A stretch of 64,000 nucleotides of DNA from Squalus acanthias (Eukaryota). The notes under the pieces were generated by a model. It saw nothing but the letters and a program-made list of their open reading frames with translations. It was not told the DNA's origin and ran no database searches. Position numbers and translations under genes: made by a program. The stretch spans positions 5,332,001-5,396,000 of the forward strand of contig CM059433.1 in assembly GCA_030390025.1 (NCBI GenBank), written 5' to 3'. This document shows positions 12,198-25,702 of the stretch, piece by piece (within the stretch, counting starts at the first letter, position 1; each line of letters begins with the position of its first letter).

Positions 12198-15100
12198 AGG
12201 GTCACAGTGGGGGAGGGGCTCAGTGGGGGAGCAGTGGGGGAGGGGCTCAGTGGGGGAGCAGTGGGGGAGGGTCACAGTGGGGGAGGGTCACAGTGGGGGA
12301 GGGTCACAGTGGGGTCACAGTGGGGGAGGGTCACAGTGGGGGAGCAGTGGGGGAGGGTCTCAGTGGGGGAGGGTCACAGTGGGGTCACAGTGGGGGAGGG
12401 TCACAGTGGGGGAGCAGTGGGGGAGGGTCACAGTGGGGTCACAGTGGGGGAGGGTCTCAGTGGGGGAGGGTCACAGTGGGGGAGGGTCTCAGTGGGGGAG
12501 GGTCACAGTGGGGTCACAGTGGGGGAGGGTCACAGTGGGGGAGGGTCACAGTGGGGTCACAGTGGGGGAGGGTCTCAGTGGGGGAGGGTCTCAGTGGGGG
12601 AGGGTCACAGTGGGGTCACAGTGGGGGAGGGTCTCAGTGGGGGAGGGTCACAGTGGGGGAGGGTCACAGTGGGGGAGCAGTGGGGGAGGGTCTCAGTGGG
12701 GGAGGGTCACAGTGGGGTCACAGTGGGGGAGGGTCTCAGTGGGGGAGGGTCACAGTGGGGTCACAGTGGGGGAGGGTCTCAGTGGGGGAGGGTCTCAGTG
12801 GGGGAGGGTCACAGTGGGGGAGGGTCACAGTGGGGGAGCAGTGGGGGAGGGTCTCAGTGGGGGAGCAGTGGGGGAGGGTCTCAGTGGGGGAGGGTCACAG
12901 TGGGGTCACAGTGGGGGAGGGTCTCAGTGGGGGAGGGTCACAGTGGGGTCACAGTGGGGGAGGGTCTCAGTGGGGGAGGGTCTCAGTGGGGGAGGGTCAC
13001 AGTGGGGGAGGGTCACAGTGGGGGAGCAGTGGGGGAGGGTCTCAGTGGGGGAGCAGTGGGGGAGGGTCTCAGTGGGGGAGCAGTGGGGGAGGGTCACAGT
13101 GGGGTCACAGTGGGGGAGGGTCTCAGTGGGGGAGGGTCACAGTGGGGTCACAGTGGGGGAGGGTCTCAGTGGGGGAGGGTCACAGTGGGGGAGCAGTGGG
13201 GGAGGGTCTCAGTGGGGGAGGGTCTCAGTGGGGGAGGGTCACAGTGGGGGAGCAGTGGGGGAGGGTCTCAGTGGGGGAGCAGTGGGGGAGGGGCTCAGTG
13301 GGGGAGCAGTGGGAGGAGGGTCACAGTGGGGGAGCAGTGGGGGAGGGTCTCAGTGGGGGAGCAGTGGGGGAGGGTCTCAATGGGGGAGCAGTGGGGGAGG
13401 GTCACAGTGGGGTCACAGTGGGGGAGGGTCTCAGTGGGGGAGGGTCTCAGTGGGGGAGGGTCACAGTGGGGTCACAGTGGGGGAGGGTCTCAGTGGGGGA
13501 GGGTCACAGTGGGGGAGCAGTGGGGGAGGGTCACAGTGGGGTCACAGTGGGGGAGGGTCTCAGTGGGGGAGGGTCACAGTGGGGTCACAGTGGGGGAGGG
13601 TCTCAGTGGGGGAGGGTCACAGTGGGGGAGGGTCACAGTGGGGGAGGGTCACAGTGGGGGAGCAGTGGGGGAGGGTCACAGTGGGGGAGCAGTGGGGGAG
13701 GGTCACAGTGGGGGAGCAGTGGGGGAGGGTCACAGTGGGGTCACAGTGGGGGAGGGTCACAGTGGGGGAGGGTCACAGTGGGGTCACAGTGGGGGAGGGT
13801 CACAGTGGGGGAGCAGTGGGGGAGGGTCACAGTGGGGGAGGGTCACAGTGGGGTCACAGTGGGGGAGGGTCACAGTGGGGGAGGGTCTCAGTGGGGGAGG
13901 GTCACAGTGGGGGAGGGTCTCAGTGGGGGAGGGTCACAGTGGGGTCACAGCGGGGGAGGGTCACAGTGGGGGAGGGTCACAGTGGGGTCACAGTGGGGGA
14001 GGGTCTCAGTGGGGGAGGGTCTCAGTGGGGGAGGGTCTCAGTGGGGGAGGGTCACAGTGGGGGAGGGTCTCAGTGGGGGAGGGTCACAGTGGGGGAGGGT
14101 CACAGTGGGGGAGCAGTGGGGGAGGGTCTCAGTGGGGGAGGGTCACAGTGGGGGAGCAGTGGGGGAGGGTCACAGTGGGGTCACAGTGGGGGAGGGTCAC
14201 AGTGGGGGAGGGTCACAGTGGGGTCACAGTGGGGGAGGGTCACAGTGGGGGAGCAGTGGGGGAGGGTCACAGTGGGGGAGGGTCACAGTGGGGGAGGGTC
14301 ACAGTGGGGGAGCAGTGGGGGAGGGTCACAGTGGGGGAGCAGTGGGGGAGGGTCACAGTGGGGGAGCAGTGGGGGAGGGTCACAGTGGGGTCACAGTGGG
14401 GGAGGGTCACAGTGGGGGAGGGTCACAGTGGGGGAGGGTTACAGTGGGGTCACAGTGGGGGAGGGTCACAGTGGGGGAGGGTCTCAGTGGGGGAGGGTCA
14501 CAGTGGGGGAGGGTCTCAGTGGGGGAGCGTCACAGTGGGGGAGGGTCTCAGTGGGGGAGGGTCACAGTGGGGGAGGGTCACAGTGGGGGAGCAGTGGGGG
14601 AGGGTCTCAGTGGGGGAGGGTCACAGTGGGGTCACAGTGGGGGAGGGTCTCAGTGGGGGAGGGTCACAGTGGGGTCACAGTGGGGGAGGGTCTCAGTGGG
14701 GGAGGGTCTCAGTGGGGGAGGGTCACAGTGGGGGAGGGTCACAGTGGGGGAGCAGTGGGGGAGGGTCTCAGTGGGGGAGCAGTGGGGGAGGGTCTCAGTG
14801 GGGGAGGGTCACAGTGGGGGAGGGTCACAGTGGGGTCACAGTGGGGGAGGGTCACAGTGGGGGAGCAGTGGGGGAGGGTCTCAGTGGGGGAGGGTCACAG
14901 TGGGGGAGGGTCTCAGTGGGGGAGGGTCTCAGTGGGGGAGCAGTGGGGGAGGGTCTCAGTGGGGGAGCAGTGGGGGAGGGTCTCAGTGGGGGAGGGTCAC
15001 AGTGGGGGAGGGTCACAGTGGGGTCACAGTGGGGGAGGGTCACAGTGGGGTCACAGTGGGGGAGGGTCACAGTGGGGGAGGGACTCAGTGGGGGAGGGTC

Positions 15101-15215
15101 ACAGTGGGGGTGCAGTGGGGGAGGGTCACAGTGGGGTCACAGTGGGGGAGGGTCTCAGTGGGGGAGGGTCTCAGTGGGGGAGGGTCTCAGTGGGGGAGGG
15201 TCTCAGTGGGGGAGG
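12198..15215 (+). repeat. G-rich minisatellite, right part (~3 kb)
   Basis: Interspersed units CAGTGGGGGAGGGTC(A/T), CAGTGGGGGAG and CAGTGGGGTCA. Confidence 0.97.
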
Positions 15216-15399
15216 CAGCATCCGTGGGGGTAGTGGGTTCAGACACTGGGGGAGGCGGAGGTGGTTTGAAAGGGTTCCGTGAGCAGTGCACTGGGGAATC
15301 CTTTATTACTTAAAATACTCCTCACTATATTTATTTTAAATATAACAATGCAGATTTCCCCAGGCCACTGCTTTCAACAAATCTCCCTCCCTTTTTTTT

Positions 15400-16035
15400 A
15401 TTTTTTTATGGGATGTGGGCGTCACTGCCAAGGCCAGCATTTATTGCCCATCCCTAATTGCCCTCGAGAAGGTGGTGGTGAGCTGCCTTCTTGAACCGCT
15501 GCAGTCCGTGTGGTGAAGGTACTCCCACAGTGCTGTTAGGGAGGGAGTTCCAGGATTTTGACCCAGCGACGATGAAGGATCGGCCGATATACTTCTAAGT
15601 CAGGATGGTGTGTGATTTGGAGGGGAACTTGGAGGTGGTGGTGTTCCCATGCGCCTGCTGCCCTTCTCCTTCTAGGTGGTAGAGGTCACGGGTTTGGGAG
15701 GTGCTGCTGAAGAAGCCTTGGCGAGTTGCTGCAGTGCATCTTGTAGATGGTACACACTGCAGCCACGGTGCGCCGGTGGTGGAGGGAGTGAATGTTTAAG
15801 GTGGTGGATGGGGTGCCAATCAAGCGGGCTGCTTTGTCCTGGATGGTGTCGAGCTTCTTGAGTGTTGTTGGAGCTGCACTCATCCAGGCAAGTGGAGAGT
15901 ATTCCATCACACTCCTGACTTGTGCCTTGTAGATGGTGGAAAGGCTTTGGGGAGTCAGGAGGTGAGACACTCGCCGCAGAATACCCAGCCTCTGACCTGC
16001 TCTTGTAGCCACAGTATTTATGTGGCTGGTCCAGT
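15400..16035 (-). mobile_element. 5'-truncated CR1-group LINE (second family) 3' end
   Basis: ORF 15686-16012 AGQRLGILRRVSHLL..IYKAQVRSVMEY..LDTIQDKAARLI; same family at 20055, 38617/49751 and 51630. Confidence 0.85.
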
Positions 16036-16849
16036 GAAGTTCCTGCTCTTGTCATGACTAGTCCCTTTCTGTACCACATCCAGGCCCCGAGCCTGCCTAG
16101 AGAATGAATGTCGGAGCTTGGGTTCTGGTTGCTGAGATCTTTCAACTGCTGAGGTAACCCTTTCAGCCAATGTCCCTTCCTCCCATTGCACTCAGCCAAC
16201 CTCTAAGGTTGGGTGCTGGGGCTCAGGATGTGTCCATGATGGGGAGGGTCAGATCTCACGGGGTGGGGGTAGTGGCAATGGTGGGGGGAACTGGCCATGA
16301 TGGGGTTTCTATATAGAAGCAGCAAAAGCACTTTAAAACTTGGAAGCCGGATCACAGTGAAGGCCTGCATTGTACATTTGACATGTTACAATTAGGGGGA
16401 GGGGCACATGACTCAAGGCTTGAGGTCAGGAGTCACGGAAGTTGGAGACAGCAGTAGTGAGGGGGCTGTAGTGGTGGGGGGAAATCTGATTGTAGTAGTG
16501 GGGGACAGTGGTGGGGGGAAATGTGATTGCAGTGGTGGGGGGCTGTAGTTTTGGGGAAATCTGATTGTAGTGGTGGGGGACAGTGGTGGGAAGGAGGGAG
16601 TCAGTGTCATGCTATTGGTCTGGTTTTAGGAGGCTCAAGAAGGGGTCGAACTGCGGGAACAGTGCTACAGCACCATTTATTTTGGAAACTGGGAGCTCTG
16701 ACAGCTTTGTGAGCAACAGCACCACTTAAGTTGGATGCCAAACTTGGAAGATTCAATGAGAGGTAAGTAAAATGAAAGGGTTCGATTTTCACGTGTAGTG
16801 TAAATGGGGCAGGTGATGGACAGAGCATCTACCCTGCCCGCCCCACACC

Positions 16850-19330
16850 ACCTTACTTTAGCCCCAGCACTATCAATCCTTCCCTCCACTTCTACGGCAC
16901 CTCCTGCACTGACACCCTCAAAACCCATTACTGCCCTCAACTATTCCCCCTCTGAGCCGCACCTGCTGTTTTGTCTGCTCATCGTGCACGCTGTGCTGAG
17001 CTGCCTCACATGTCTTCAAAACCCTTCAGCAGGGGACGCACGAACCCACGCCCACTCTTTTTGTGGGAGAAGCTGGCACACAACCTAAGGGAGAGTCGGA
17101 GAACAGGAGGAGGTTCTGACTCTCTACAGATCCTGACTCCAATGGAAGAAGCCGCCTTCAGCGTCATTGGCAGAGAGAGGGCATGCAGCATTGGCCAGGC
17201 TGGAAGCCACGCAAACCAGGATGTTTGGGCATATTTTCTCTTTTTACTTAACTCTCACTCATACAGTCACACGCTCAGCATGACAATCTGGCGTGCACTG
17301 GTGTTGCCACTTGTCTACGGCTACTTACCCGTGCTACTTTGTGTTAACCTTTGTCCCTCTTCCCTTTTCCTCGGTCCATCAGATGTCTCGGGCCTTGCGA
17401 GGGCACAGGCTGAAGGGGGGAACCCACCCGAAGGGACACCCTTCACGAATCCTTCTGAGCACCAGCACAGAAATCAGCCCCCCAGGTTACAGGGGTCCGT
17501 CTACACTGGGTGATTCAATGAGCACAAGTGACTAGGAACAGGTGCAAGTGGAAAAGACGGCCCAGGAAACAGGACATTGGGGGAGGGGGGGGGAGGGGGG
17601 GGAAACACGTGTCTTCACTCTACTGAAGAGGACGGACATGCAGACTTTAGGGACCCAGCCTTTAAAAGAAGGCTGTTTTCTGTCTACCATTGCTCAATGC
17701 ATTGGACCGCTTGCTAGGGATTGTCCGCTATATGTCAGAGAGTGTGGAGGAGTCCACTACCCACTTGTGTGGGGTTCTGGCACATGGCATCGACACTGAA
17801 ATCAACCACAGGGCGTGTTGTCACCGCAATGAATGTTGCAGCTGAGTCCTCCCGACAGGAGTCGTGACACCTGCAGTCGCATCTCCCAGCATCCTCACAC
17901 TGGGGCCATCCAGGTTCTGGGCTCAACCATCTCCTCTGCCTTAGACAGGCTAGGAGACTGAACGGATAGGGCTTTCAGTTGAACATTGATGTCCTCCAGT
18001 CTGCCCTCCAGTAGATCAGTGAGAGTTCTGAGTTGCAGGGTCAAAGAGTGGGGGGGGGGGGGGGGGGGGGGCGGGGGCAGATAGTAGATGACCTTTACAT
18101 AAATGTGTTATGACAGCTGCCAGGAAAGTGGGCACATACCTGCTGGTGATCACACATCAGTTGCACATTAATGGCCCTTGAAATTCAAGAAGGCAGCGTG
18201 GTCATTAGAAGGAACCCGCAGGGTGACGGGGGTGCAGCCAAAAATGCCCTGAACTTGGCAGGAGCCTGTAACCTGTGCAAACTCCAGAACCCTCTGCCGC
18301 CTCTTCTCAATGTCCATAGGGAAAGTGATGGAAGTGTTTGCTCTGGCAGACATGGTATCAGGCGCCCGCTTAATGCAAGCATGAACTGCAGCCTGACTGA
18401 TGTTCCTGACATCCCCTGTGGTAGACTAGAAGGAGCCGGAGGAAAAAAAAATTTGGAGGACTGCAGTAACCTTGACTGCAACAGCCTGTGGCAGTGGGTG
18501 GCAGCTCTTGTTGCAGGAGGAGACACAACTCTGTGAGAGCCTCCCTAGAGAAGCATAGCCTCCTTATGCACTGCTCCGCCCAGAACTGCAGGGATGTAGT
18601 CCTGGGCCGATCAATTCTGTTGATGAGGGGGGTAAGGATTCCTGTGAGCTCGCCGACTTCTATTTGCTCTCCCTGCAGCTGTAGCTCTGATTACTTCTTC
18701 CTCCTGCTGCTGCTCCTCTTCCTCATCCCTGCCGGACGCCCCGCCAATGAAGAAAATCGTCCATTGCCTGAAGCCCCTTCAGAACATTCCACAACCGCCA
18801 CAAGCACTTTGAAATGGTCTTAAGCAGCAAAAACTCACAGTGCAATAAATATCCATAAAATGGGCAGAACAAGGGAAATTTCTGCCCCTTTAAACTCCCT
18901 CCGTCCAGTGGAAATGGAGGAGTAGTCGAGTTATAATGGAGGCGGTAGACCTCCCGCTCCACAGCCATTTTCCTCAGGGCCTTCTGCTGGGTGGCCATGG
19001 CGCCTGCATGAATCAGGCGGGAGCCTCGTTAATCTATGCAAATCAAGGTCCTGTTGTGTACACAGCACCCCGAGGCAACTCAAGATTTTAACGGCATCCG
19101 CCGTGGAAACTCCCCTTAGTGAAACCTGGTGGGACAGCAGACGAGGTCCTTCCAGGTAAGGGCTAAAATTGCATTTGTGGAGCCAGGAGGAGGAGCAGTG
19201 CGTCTCCAAGCCTCATGAGGAAAATCTCGGCCTCCTCTGCCCAAGGCTTCCCCCACCCAACCCCCGCTCCACCGACTGCTAGGCCCTCCCAAACCCCCTC
19301 CCAACCACTTCCTTGAGTGCTAGGAACCGT
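16850..19330. mobile_element. Decayed Harbinger element (transposase remnant on -, Myb-associated ORF remnant on +)
   Basis: Minus strand 18140-18530 frameshifted FFSSGSFQ..ISQAAVH..ARANTSITFP..QVQGIFGCT..NFKGH; plus strand RESRRTGGG..LTPMEEAA at ~17090; boundaries approximate. Confidence 0.6.
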
Positions 19331-20054
19331 TCCTAAAATCTACCCCATTAACTTATTAATACAATGTCCCTTTGAATATTCATCTCCTGTAGTGAGTCTT
19401 CCACATCCCCCTCAGTACTCCGACAGTTCTACTTTAAACTTCCTCTGTAAAACCTGATGCTAAATATTTATTAAGAATCCCTGGCATTCCCTCACTCTCA
19501 AGTACAAGATGCCCCTTACAGCTCGAAGTGGTCCTGCCCCATTGACTATCCTTTTACTTCAAAGATGCTTTTAAATCACCTTGCTTTTTCTCTTTATTCT
19601 CAAACTTTCATACTCCCTCATAGCCTTTTAATCTCTGTTTTTACATTCTTTCTAAAACTTCTCATTTTTTTCTTCTGTATTAACCCCCCCATATTTATCA
19701 TGATGCCGCTTTTTAATCTCATATTTGCTCTTCCCTCTCTATTTATCCAACCTGTGCCACTTTAATGGACCCTCTTCCTTTAACATGCTCCCTTTTGCTT
19801 TTACTCAGAATGTATTTTACTTATGTCTTTACCACCTCATATTTAAATATGTTGCTTGATCTGCCCTTTTTCCGAACCAATTTTATTCCACTGAAATTCG
19901 CTCATTTCCAGTTCAGCACCTTTATCTTTGGCTCATTTTTAAATCTTTATTTTTAATAGGAGGTTGATTTTTCTGAACTGGCTTGTGTTAAAATGAAACT
20001 TATTTTTTTTTCTCCTCTTGAGACTGTCAGCTGAGAATGGAGACACTGCTGTCT

Positions 20055-20690
20055 GCAACATAAATACAGTGGCAGCAAGAGCAGGTCAGAGGCTGGGTAT
20101 TCTGGGGCGAGTGTCTCACCTCCTGACTCCCCAAAGCCTTTCCACCATCTACAAGGCACGAGTCAGGAGTGTGATGGAATACTCTCCACTTGCCTGGATG
20201 AGTGCAGCTCCAACAACACTCAAGAAGCTCGACACCATCCAAGACAAAGCAGCCCGCTTGATTGGCACCCCATCCACCACCTTAAACATTCACTCCCTCC
20301 ACCACCGGCGCACCGTGGCTGCAGTGTGTGCCATCTACAAGATGCACTGCAGCAACTCGCCAAGGCTTCTTCGGCAGCACCTCCCAAACCCACGACCTCT
20401 ACCACCTAGAAGGACAAGGGCAGCAGGCGCATGGGAACACCTACACCTCCAAGTTCCCCTCCAAGTCACACACCATCCTGACTTGGAAGTATATCGTCGT
20501 TCCTTCATCGTCGCTGGGTCAAAATCCTGGAACTCCCTCCCTAACAGCGCTATGGGAACAACCTTCACCACACGGGCTGCAGCAGTTCAAGAAGGCGGCT
20601 CAGCACCACCTTCTCAAGGCCAATTAGGGATGGGCAATAAATGCTGGCCTTGCCAGCGACGCCCACATCCCAGGAACGAATAAAAAGAAA
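20055..20690 (+). mobile_element. CR1-group LINE 3' fragment
   Basis: ORF 20018-20683, same family as 15400-16035; A-rich tail. Confidence 0.85.
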
Positions 20691-21014
20691 CAAGCAGGAA
20701 TGTTTGATCTAGTGATATGGAGGGTCAGTGGCACTTTGCGATATTAACATTTCCTCAGTAACGCAGTCGTTAGTTGCCACTGCTCATTAACATGGAATGC
20801 GGCCGTCTGTGTTTGAAATCTCTTTTGATTAATCTTGAAGGTAACTTTTATACCTTCCTCTGTACTAAATTGAACTTCAGAGGTAAAGAAGGCACGTACC
20901 CAGCCGAGCAGTCTGCTCTTCCACTATATGCGGCGGGAGCTGGTAGGATGCTCCGTGAGAGTTCAGTCGCATGTAAAGCTTTTCGCTGCAGGCACCTGGA
21001 TCAAAGCTACTGAA

Positions 21015-21142
21015 GAGAACATAAGAACATAAGAAATAGGAGCAGGAGTGGGCCCCTCGAGCCTGCTCCGCCATTCAATAAGATCATGGCTGATCTTCTA
21101 CCTCATCTCCACCTTCCCGCCTGATCCCCATATTGATTCCCT
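21015..21142 (-). mobile_element. CR1 3' UTR fragment
   Basis: GAACATAAGAACATAAGAAATAGGAGCAGG matches the CR1 tail at 5305. Confidence 0.8.
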
Positions 21143-21309
21143 TTGCGGAACCGTTCAGATTTTAAGAGATTATATTATTTTTAAAACTGGTACTGTAAGC
21201 TGTGAAGTTTGTAATGTAGCTAAATCTGCAGCTTTTGCTCTTACTTCTATTTAATATTATTCTATTTTAATATTATTTAATAAATATGACCTGTAAGTTT
21301 CAGACATAT

Positions 21310-22139
21310 GGGGTTGAATTTTAATACTTTGGCGGGTTGGGTGCGGCGTGGGGCTCGGAAGCGGTCGAGAAACCCAGGAGACTGGGTTTCCTGCAGGGCC
21401 TTGCCGAATTTAACGGCAGGGCCTGATTTGCATTGGCAACCAGATGGAGAGGTTGGCTGGCTGCGGCTGGGTAGGCCTGTGGCACTAGATGGCAGAGTGG
21501 AGGGAGGGCGGGAGGGATTGTGTGGGGCCGGGGTGGGTGGGCGGTCGGGGGGGCCGTAGGAACATGGGAAGGGCCGGAGGAGCGGGTGGGGGGGGGGGGG
21601 AGGGGAGGCGCGTTAGATCAGCGCAGTGGCGGAGGAGCTGGGTGGGGCCAGGAGCACATCGGAGGGCCGGAGCGGCGGATCGGGGATTGGGAGCAGCTGA
21701 TCGGGGTGTCCAGGAGCACATCATGGGCTGGAGGATGATCAGGGGCCTGGGGCCTCATTCCATGGGAGCATGTGGGTGGGGAGGCCTAGGGGAGGTGCTC
21801 GGAGGCCTTGTGGGAGGTCTTCGATCGTGGGCGGTGGGTTAGGCAGGATCCAGGAGGTAAGTGTAAAGGAATTTACCTCCTGGATCCAGCAGTCCTCACC
21901 TTCCATTAGCTGGCGGGTTTCCCGAGGCCTGCAAAATCCGACCAGCCACTGTTAAATTTAAAATGGTGGTTAAATCTGAGGCACGCCAGCCTGATTATAA
22001 TATTTAAATGGGCGACCCGCCTCCGTTAAAACTGGAAGTGGGCGGGTTGGAGGCAGGTTCTGGTCGGGATTCAGATTTTTAACACTTTAACTTCCCACCT
22101 GATCCCAACTCACCCATTTTTGGGGGTTAAAATTTCCCC
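21310..22139. mobile_element. Non-autonomous Harbinger-like TIR element
   Basis: Imperfect TIRs GGGGTTGAATTTTAA / TTAAAATTTCCCC; flanks CAGACA-TAT / TGT-GGTCTG. Confidence 0.55.
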
Positions 22140-22406
22140 TGTGGTCTGTCAATGTAGCGTTTACCATCAGTCGGAGAAATCAGGAGTGTGCGGTGATATC
22201 TTGTACTTTTTCCAGTGCCTGGCAAGGAAAAAGGCTTTATTTTTCACTTTGTGGCCTGCTATCCCACCTACTTGGCACACACAAGGTCATATTTCGGTTC
22301 ATTGGAAGTGAGAGTATATCTACAGAGGCAGATTTTTAGCACTGGGCTAAAAGTATTGGGAATGAGTCGGAACGGTGTTTTCAGTGTGTGGCGTTTCAAG
22401 CTATAT

Positions 22407-22687
22407 TATTGTGGCTGCCGCGAAGCACGAATTGAGGCCGAGTCAATATGTGGAGCGCATGGCTTTTAATTACATACTCCTTGGCAAAATGGCTGCTACA
22501 ACTTCTCTCTGCAAAACCCTACTGGTTGAGGGCGACGCCAGCTCTTTTTAAGTTCACACTGAGGGCGACGCCCACTCCATTTTTCATGCCTTAAAGGCAG
22601 CATGCACCTTAAAGGCAAGGTGCCCTATTTATTGTCCACGGACGGAAAAGTGGATTGCGTCCGTTTAGGTGGCGATCCGCCACAATA
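22407..22687. repeat. Short dispersed repeat, candidate small solo LTR (second copy at 26691-26942)
   Basis: Shares GGCTGCCGCGAA.CACGAATT and TGTCCACGGACGGAAAAGTGGATT..TAGGTGGCGATCCGCCACAA with 26691-26942; short terminal inverted repeats. Confidence 0.6.
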
Positions 22688-22742
22688 TTATATTATATGA
22701 TTACATACGTACCTAGCAGAGGGAGCTAATCATAGAGACAAT

Positions 22743-23799
22743 GGCCTAGTAATTCGAACCGCTAGGCTTCCACCCACTTCCGGCGCGGAACGCAGCGGCC
22801 ACCGTATTGGGGGGGGGTCGGCCTGCACTCGCCGCAAGTATTTGAATTACCAGGAACGTGACGTCAATCGGCGTGCAAAGCCGAATTCACGCACGCTCAG
22901 CGATTTTGGACGTCGCCGCTCCTCTTACCGCCCGCGCGTGCAGCCGTTGACGGTGCGGGAGAAAGCAGCGGTGAGCTATAAACCGTACAGTAAACATTCT
23001 GTACAATTCACATTTACCGTGCTGCTTTGAAATAAGTTACACCCAAATAACTGACTTCAATTGTCTTTCAGTTTATTGCAAATTTTTTTTAATGCGATCC
23101 AGATCAAGCTGGCTTTTTTCCGTTGTTGCCTAATTTAATTTATTTTTTGATCTATTCATCAAGATCCAGTTTATATCAAGAGAATGCTAAACAAAGAAAT
23201 ATTAAGATTTATATAGGGTTTTTTGTTCTTATTGAAAATATATACCAAGGTGCCTATAAAATATGCAGTTCCTGTACAACCATAAGCCTAAAATAAGCTT
23301 GGAAGAACAGTTTGGAATTTCCATAGTACATGTCTTGTGATCATTGCCCTATTTTAACAAGTTGAGCAAGTGGCCAGTACTCACTGGTATCTCTTGCATC
23401 CTTAACACTGTAGCAACATCTCGCTTCCATATAATGGCACTACTTCCTTTATATTGCACTCAGTCGATTAAACTTTCTGCGTTCGACTTATATTTTGGGC
23501 ATAATCTCAGGATTTCTCATGCAACTGTTTAAGGACATCTATGCCACAGTCTTTCACTTGGAAATGTACTGTTAATAAGGTGACTGCCCGAGAACGCCGC
23601 ACCGATCTTTTAGACGCGACCTTTGGCCTCCTGCTGATGTTACCAAGAGGGCGTTGCACGGGAGCTTCTGCGCTGCTCTCATTTAAATCAGCGGGCGGCA
23701 CCAAAATACCGGCGCTGCCTGCGCTCTTTTTGCGGGCGGCCGTTAACCTCGGCCCGCGGCGGCACCGCCCGTTTTCCGGCTTGATCGAATTTTTAGGCC
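22743..23799. mobile_element. Non-autonomous Harbinger-like TIR element
   Basis: TIRs GGCCTAGTAATTCGA / TCGAATTTTTAGGCC; CpG-rich ends and AT-rich core. Confidence 0.6.
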
Positions 23800-24627
23800 A
23801 CTGTCCTTATTAATTTTGGGTAAGCTCTTGATTGAGAACTTTCTTGCTGAAACGAAGGAATAGAGACAGTGATCTTGTAAATAAGAGTAGTTTACCCTCA
23901 GTTTTATTCAGAGACAAGTGCCGCCTACAACACAGTGCACGCCGCGATGTTGTGAGCTATAATGAACCTTGCCATCTGAGACATGGTTAGACTGGAGCAG
24001 CTACAGCCACGCTCCCAGCACCCAGCTGCCCATTTGATTAGGTTTTAATTGAAGCTGAGCAGACTAGTCAACAGAGTATGATTCAGCTGCTCCAAACTCC
24101 AATTTGCAAGCTGAATTCACACACTATGAACCATAATTCAGAATGAAAATCAATGTATAAGGTTGCCATTAGTCATAATGGAGCTGTTGCTAAGACCCGT
24201 TTCTTTCCCCTTGATCAGCTGTGCTGTTAAAACATCAAAGAGAAAAAAACTAGACACAGCAAGTGGTGATGTTATAAATAGAATGGCAGCTCACTGATGC
24301 TTCAGAACAACTGCAACACAATCTATCGATTCAGGTTACATCATTAAATGTGAAACAAAGAAATAAAGTTATCTGCTCCCCATCGCAAACGCATTGAGCT
24401 AAATTTTGCGAGACTTTGCACCACTGACAGGCTGCTGAGCTACACTGAGCTGGAATCACAAAATCGCAGGTGCTGTGCCTGGAGATATTTGGTTCAACGA
24501 TTTCAAATGGTGCAAAATCACAGACTGCGTGGCAATGTGTGCAGTCTCTCAAAATGTACCTCCTTATCCAAGCCAGCTTTTATTATTTGTATACCATGGG
24601 AGGGGACTCTATTGCAACTGACACAAT

Positions 24628-25270
24628 GGGCTGGATTTTGATACTGGGGCGGGTTGGGGTCGTGTTATCCACCCGACTGCAATTGGATGTGGGAGATTGA
24701 TGCGATTTTCACCTAATGGGGCAATTGAGTTCCAGCATGTGGGAACCCATGAACCAATTAGTGTTTTCAGTCTGAAAGTCGCCTCTGATGATGTCATCAT
24801 TGCTGCTGCATTGAAGGTCTGCAAAGACTGCCTGGCCTTTGCTGTGAGAGGACCTGAAGGCAAAATGAGCAGCAGCAGCCCTAAGTCTGCTCCCAGATAT
24901 TTTTACACCACCACTCCCAGATATGTCTCCTCCTCATCCATCCATCCAGCCAGCGTCAGCCATCCAAATGTGCTCCCGCCAGGTTTCACATTCGTGGTTC
25001 AGAACAGGCATGCTTCACGTAGAAAAAAGGTTAAAATCACAAAGGCCTTTCAAAATGGCATTATAGAGGCAATTTAGTGCTTGTTAAGGGCCTTAACAGC
25101 CTATCCCACCTCTTAGAGGCGGGACGGAGTCGGGACCAGCAGACACGATTTAATGAAAATTGCGTGGAGGCGGGATGGAGGCGGGCTTGTGCCCACCCGC
25201 CAGTTTTCGCAATTTTAACCCCCGCACACGCCTCCAAACCCACCTCCACGGGTCAATGAAAATCCAGCCC
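24628..25270. mobile_element. Non-autonomous Harbinger-like TIR element
   Basis: Perfect 12-bp TIRs GGGCTGGATTTT / AAAATCCAGCCC. Confidence 0.75.
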
Positions 25271-25439
25271 ATTGTGTTTTCCCAAATTATAAAAAAGGGA
25301 AGTGAGAAGGCACACACACAGCACCCAATAGACAACCATCACAAGGCTTTATGTTTGCTTGGCACAGTTCCAGTCATGTCCTGGCCAACATTTCTTCCTC
25401 AACTAAAACTAAGGTCACTCATCTCATTGCTATTTATAA

Positions 25440-25702
25440 AGAAAGAAAGACTTGCATTTATATAGCGCCTTTCGCGACCACCAGACGTCTCAAAGCGCTT
25501 TACAGCCAATGAAGTACTTTTGGAGTGTAGTCACTGTTGTAATGTGGGAAACGTGGCAGCCAATTTGCACATTATGGGATCTTCCTGTGTGAAAAATGGC
25601 TGCCATGTTTGCCTAAGTAAGTCTTCAAAGAAATTCATAATATGTGAAGCACTTTGAAACATTTCTAAGAGACATGATGATAAGTCACTATATAAATGCA
25701 AA
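25440..25702 (-). mobile_element. Deu-type SINE 3' fragments
   Basis: AAAGAAAGACTTGCATTTATATAGCGCCTTTC is the reverse complement of the SINE tail at 38040-38080. Confidence 0.65.

Noticed and set aside
12207..15313. Three ~1000-aa Gly/Ser/Trp-rich ORFs (and similar at 10009-10645)
   Set aside because: All three frames are open only because the minisatellite units lack stop codons; GTG starts; array split by an LTR
22743..22980. CpG-rich stretch with ETS (CACTTCCGG), CRE (TGACGTCA) and a donor-like site, suggesting a host promoter
   Set aside because: Lies within the left end of a TIR element (22743-23799); similar motifs occur in other Harbinger-like ends here
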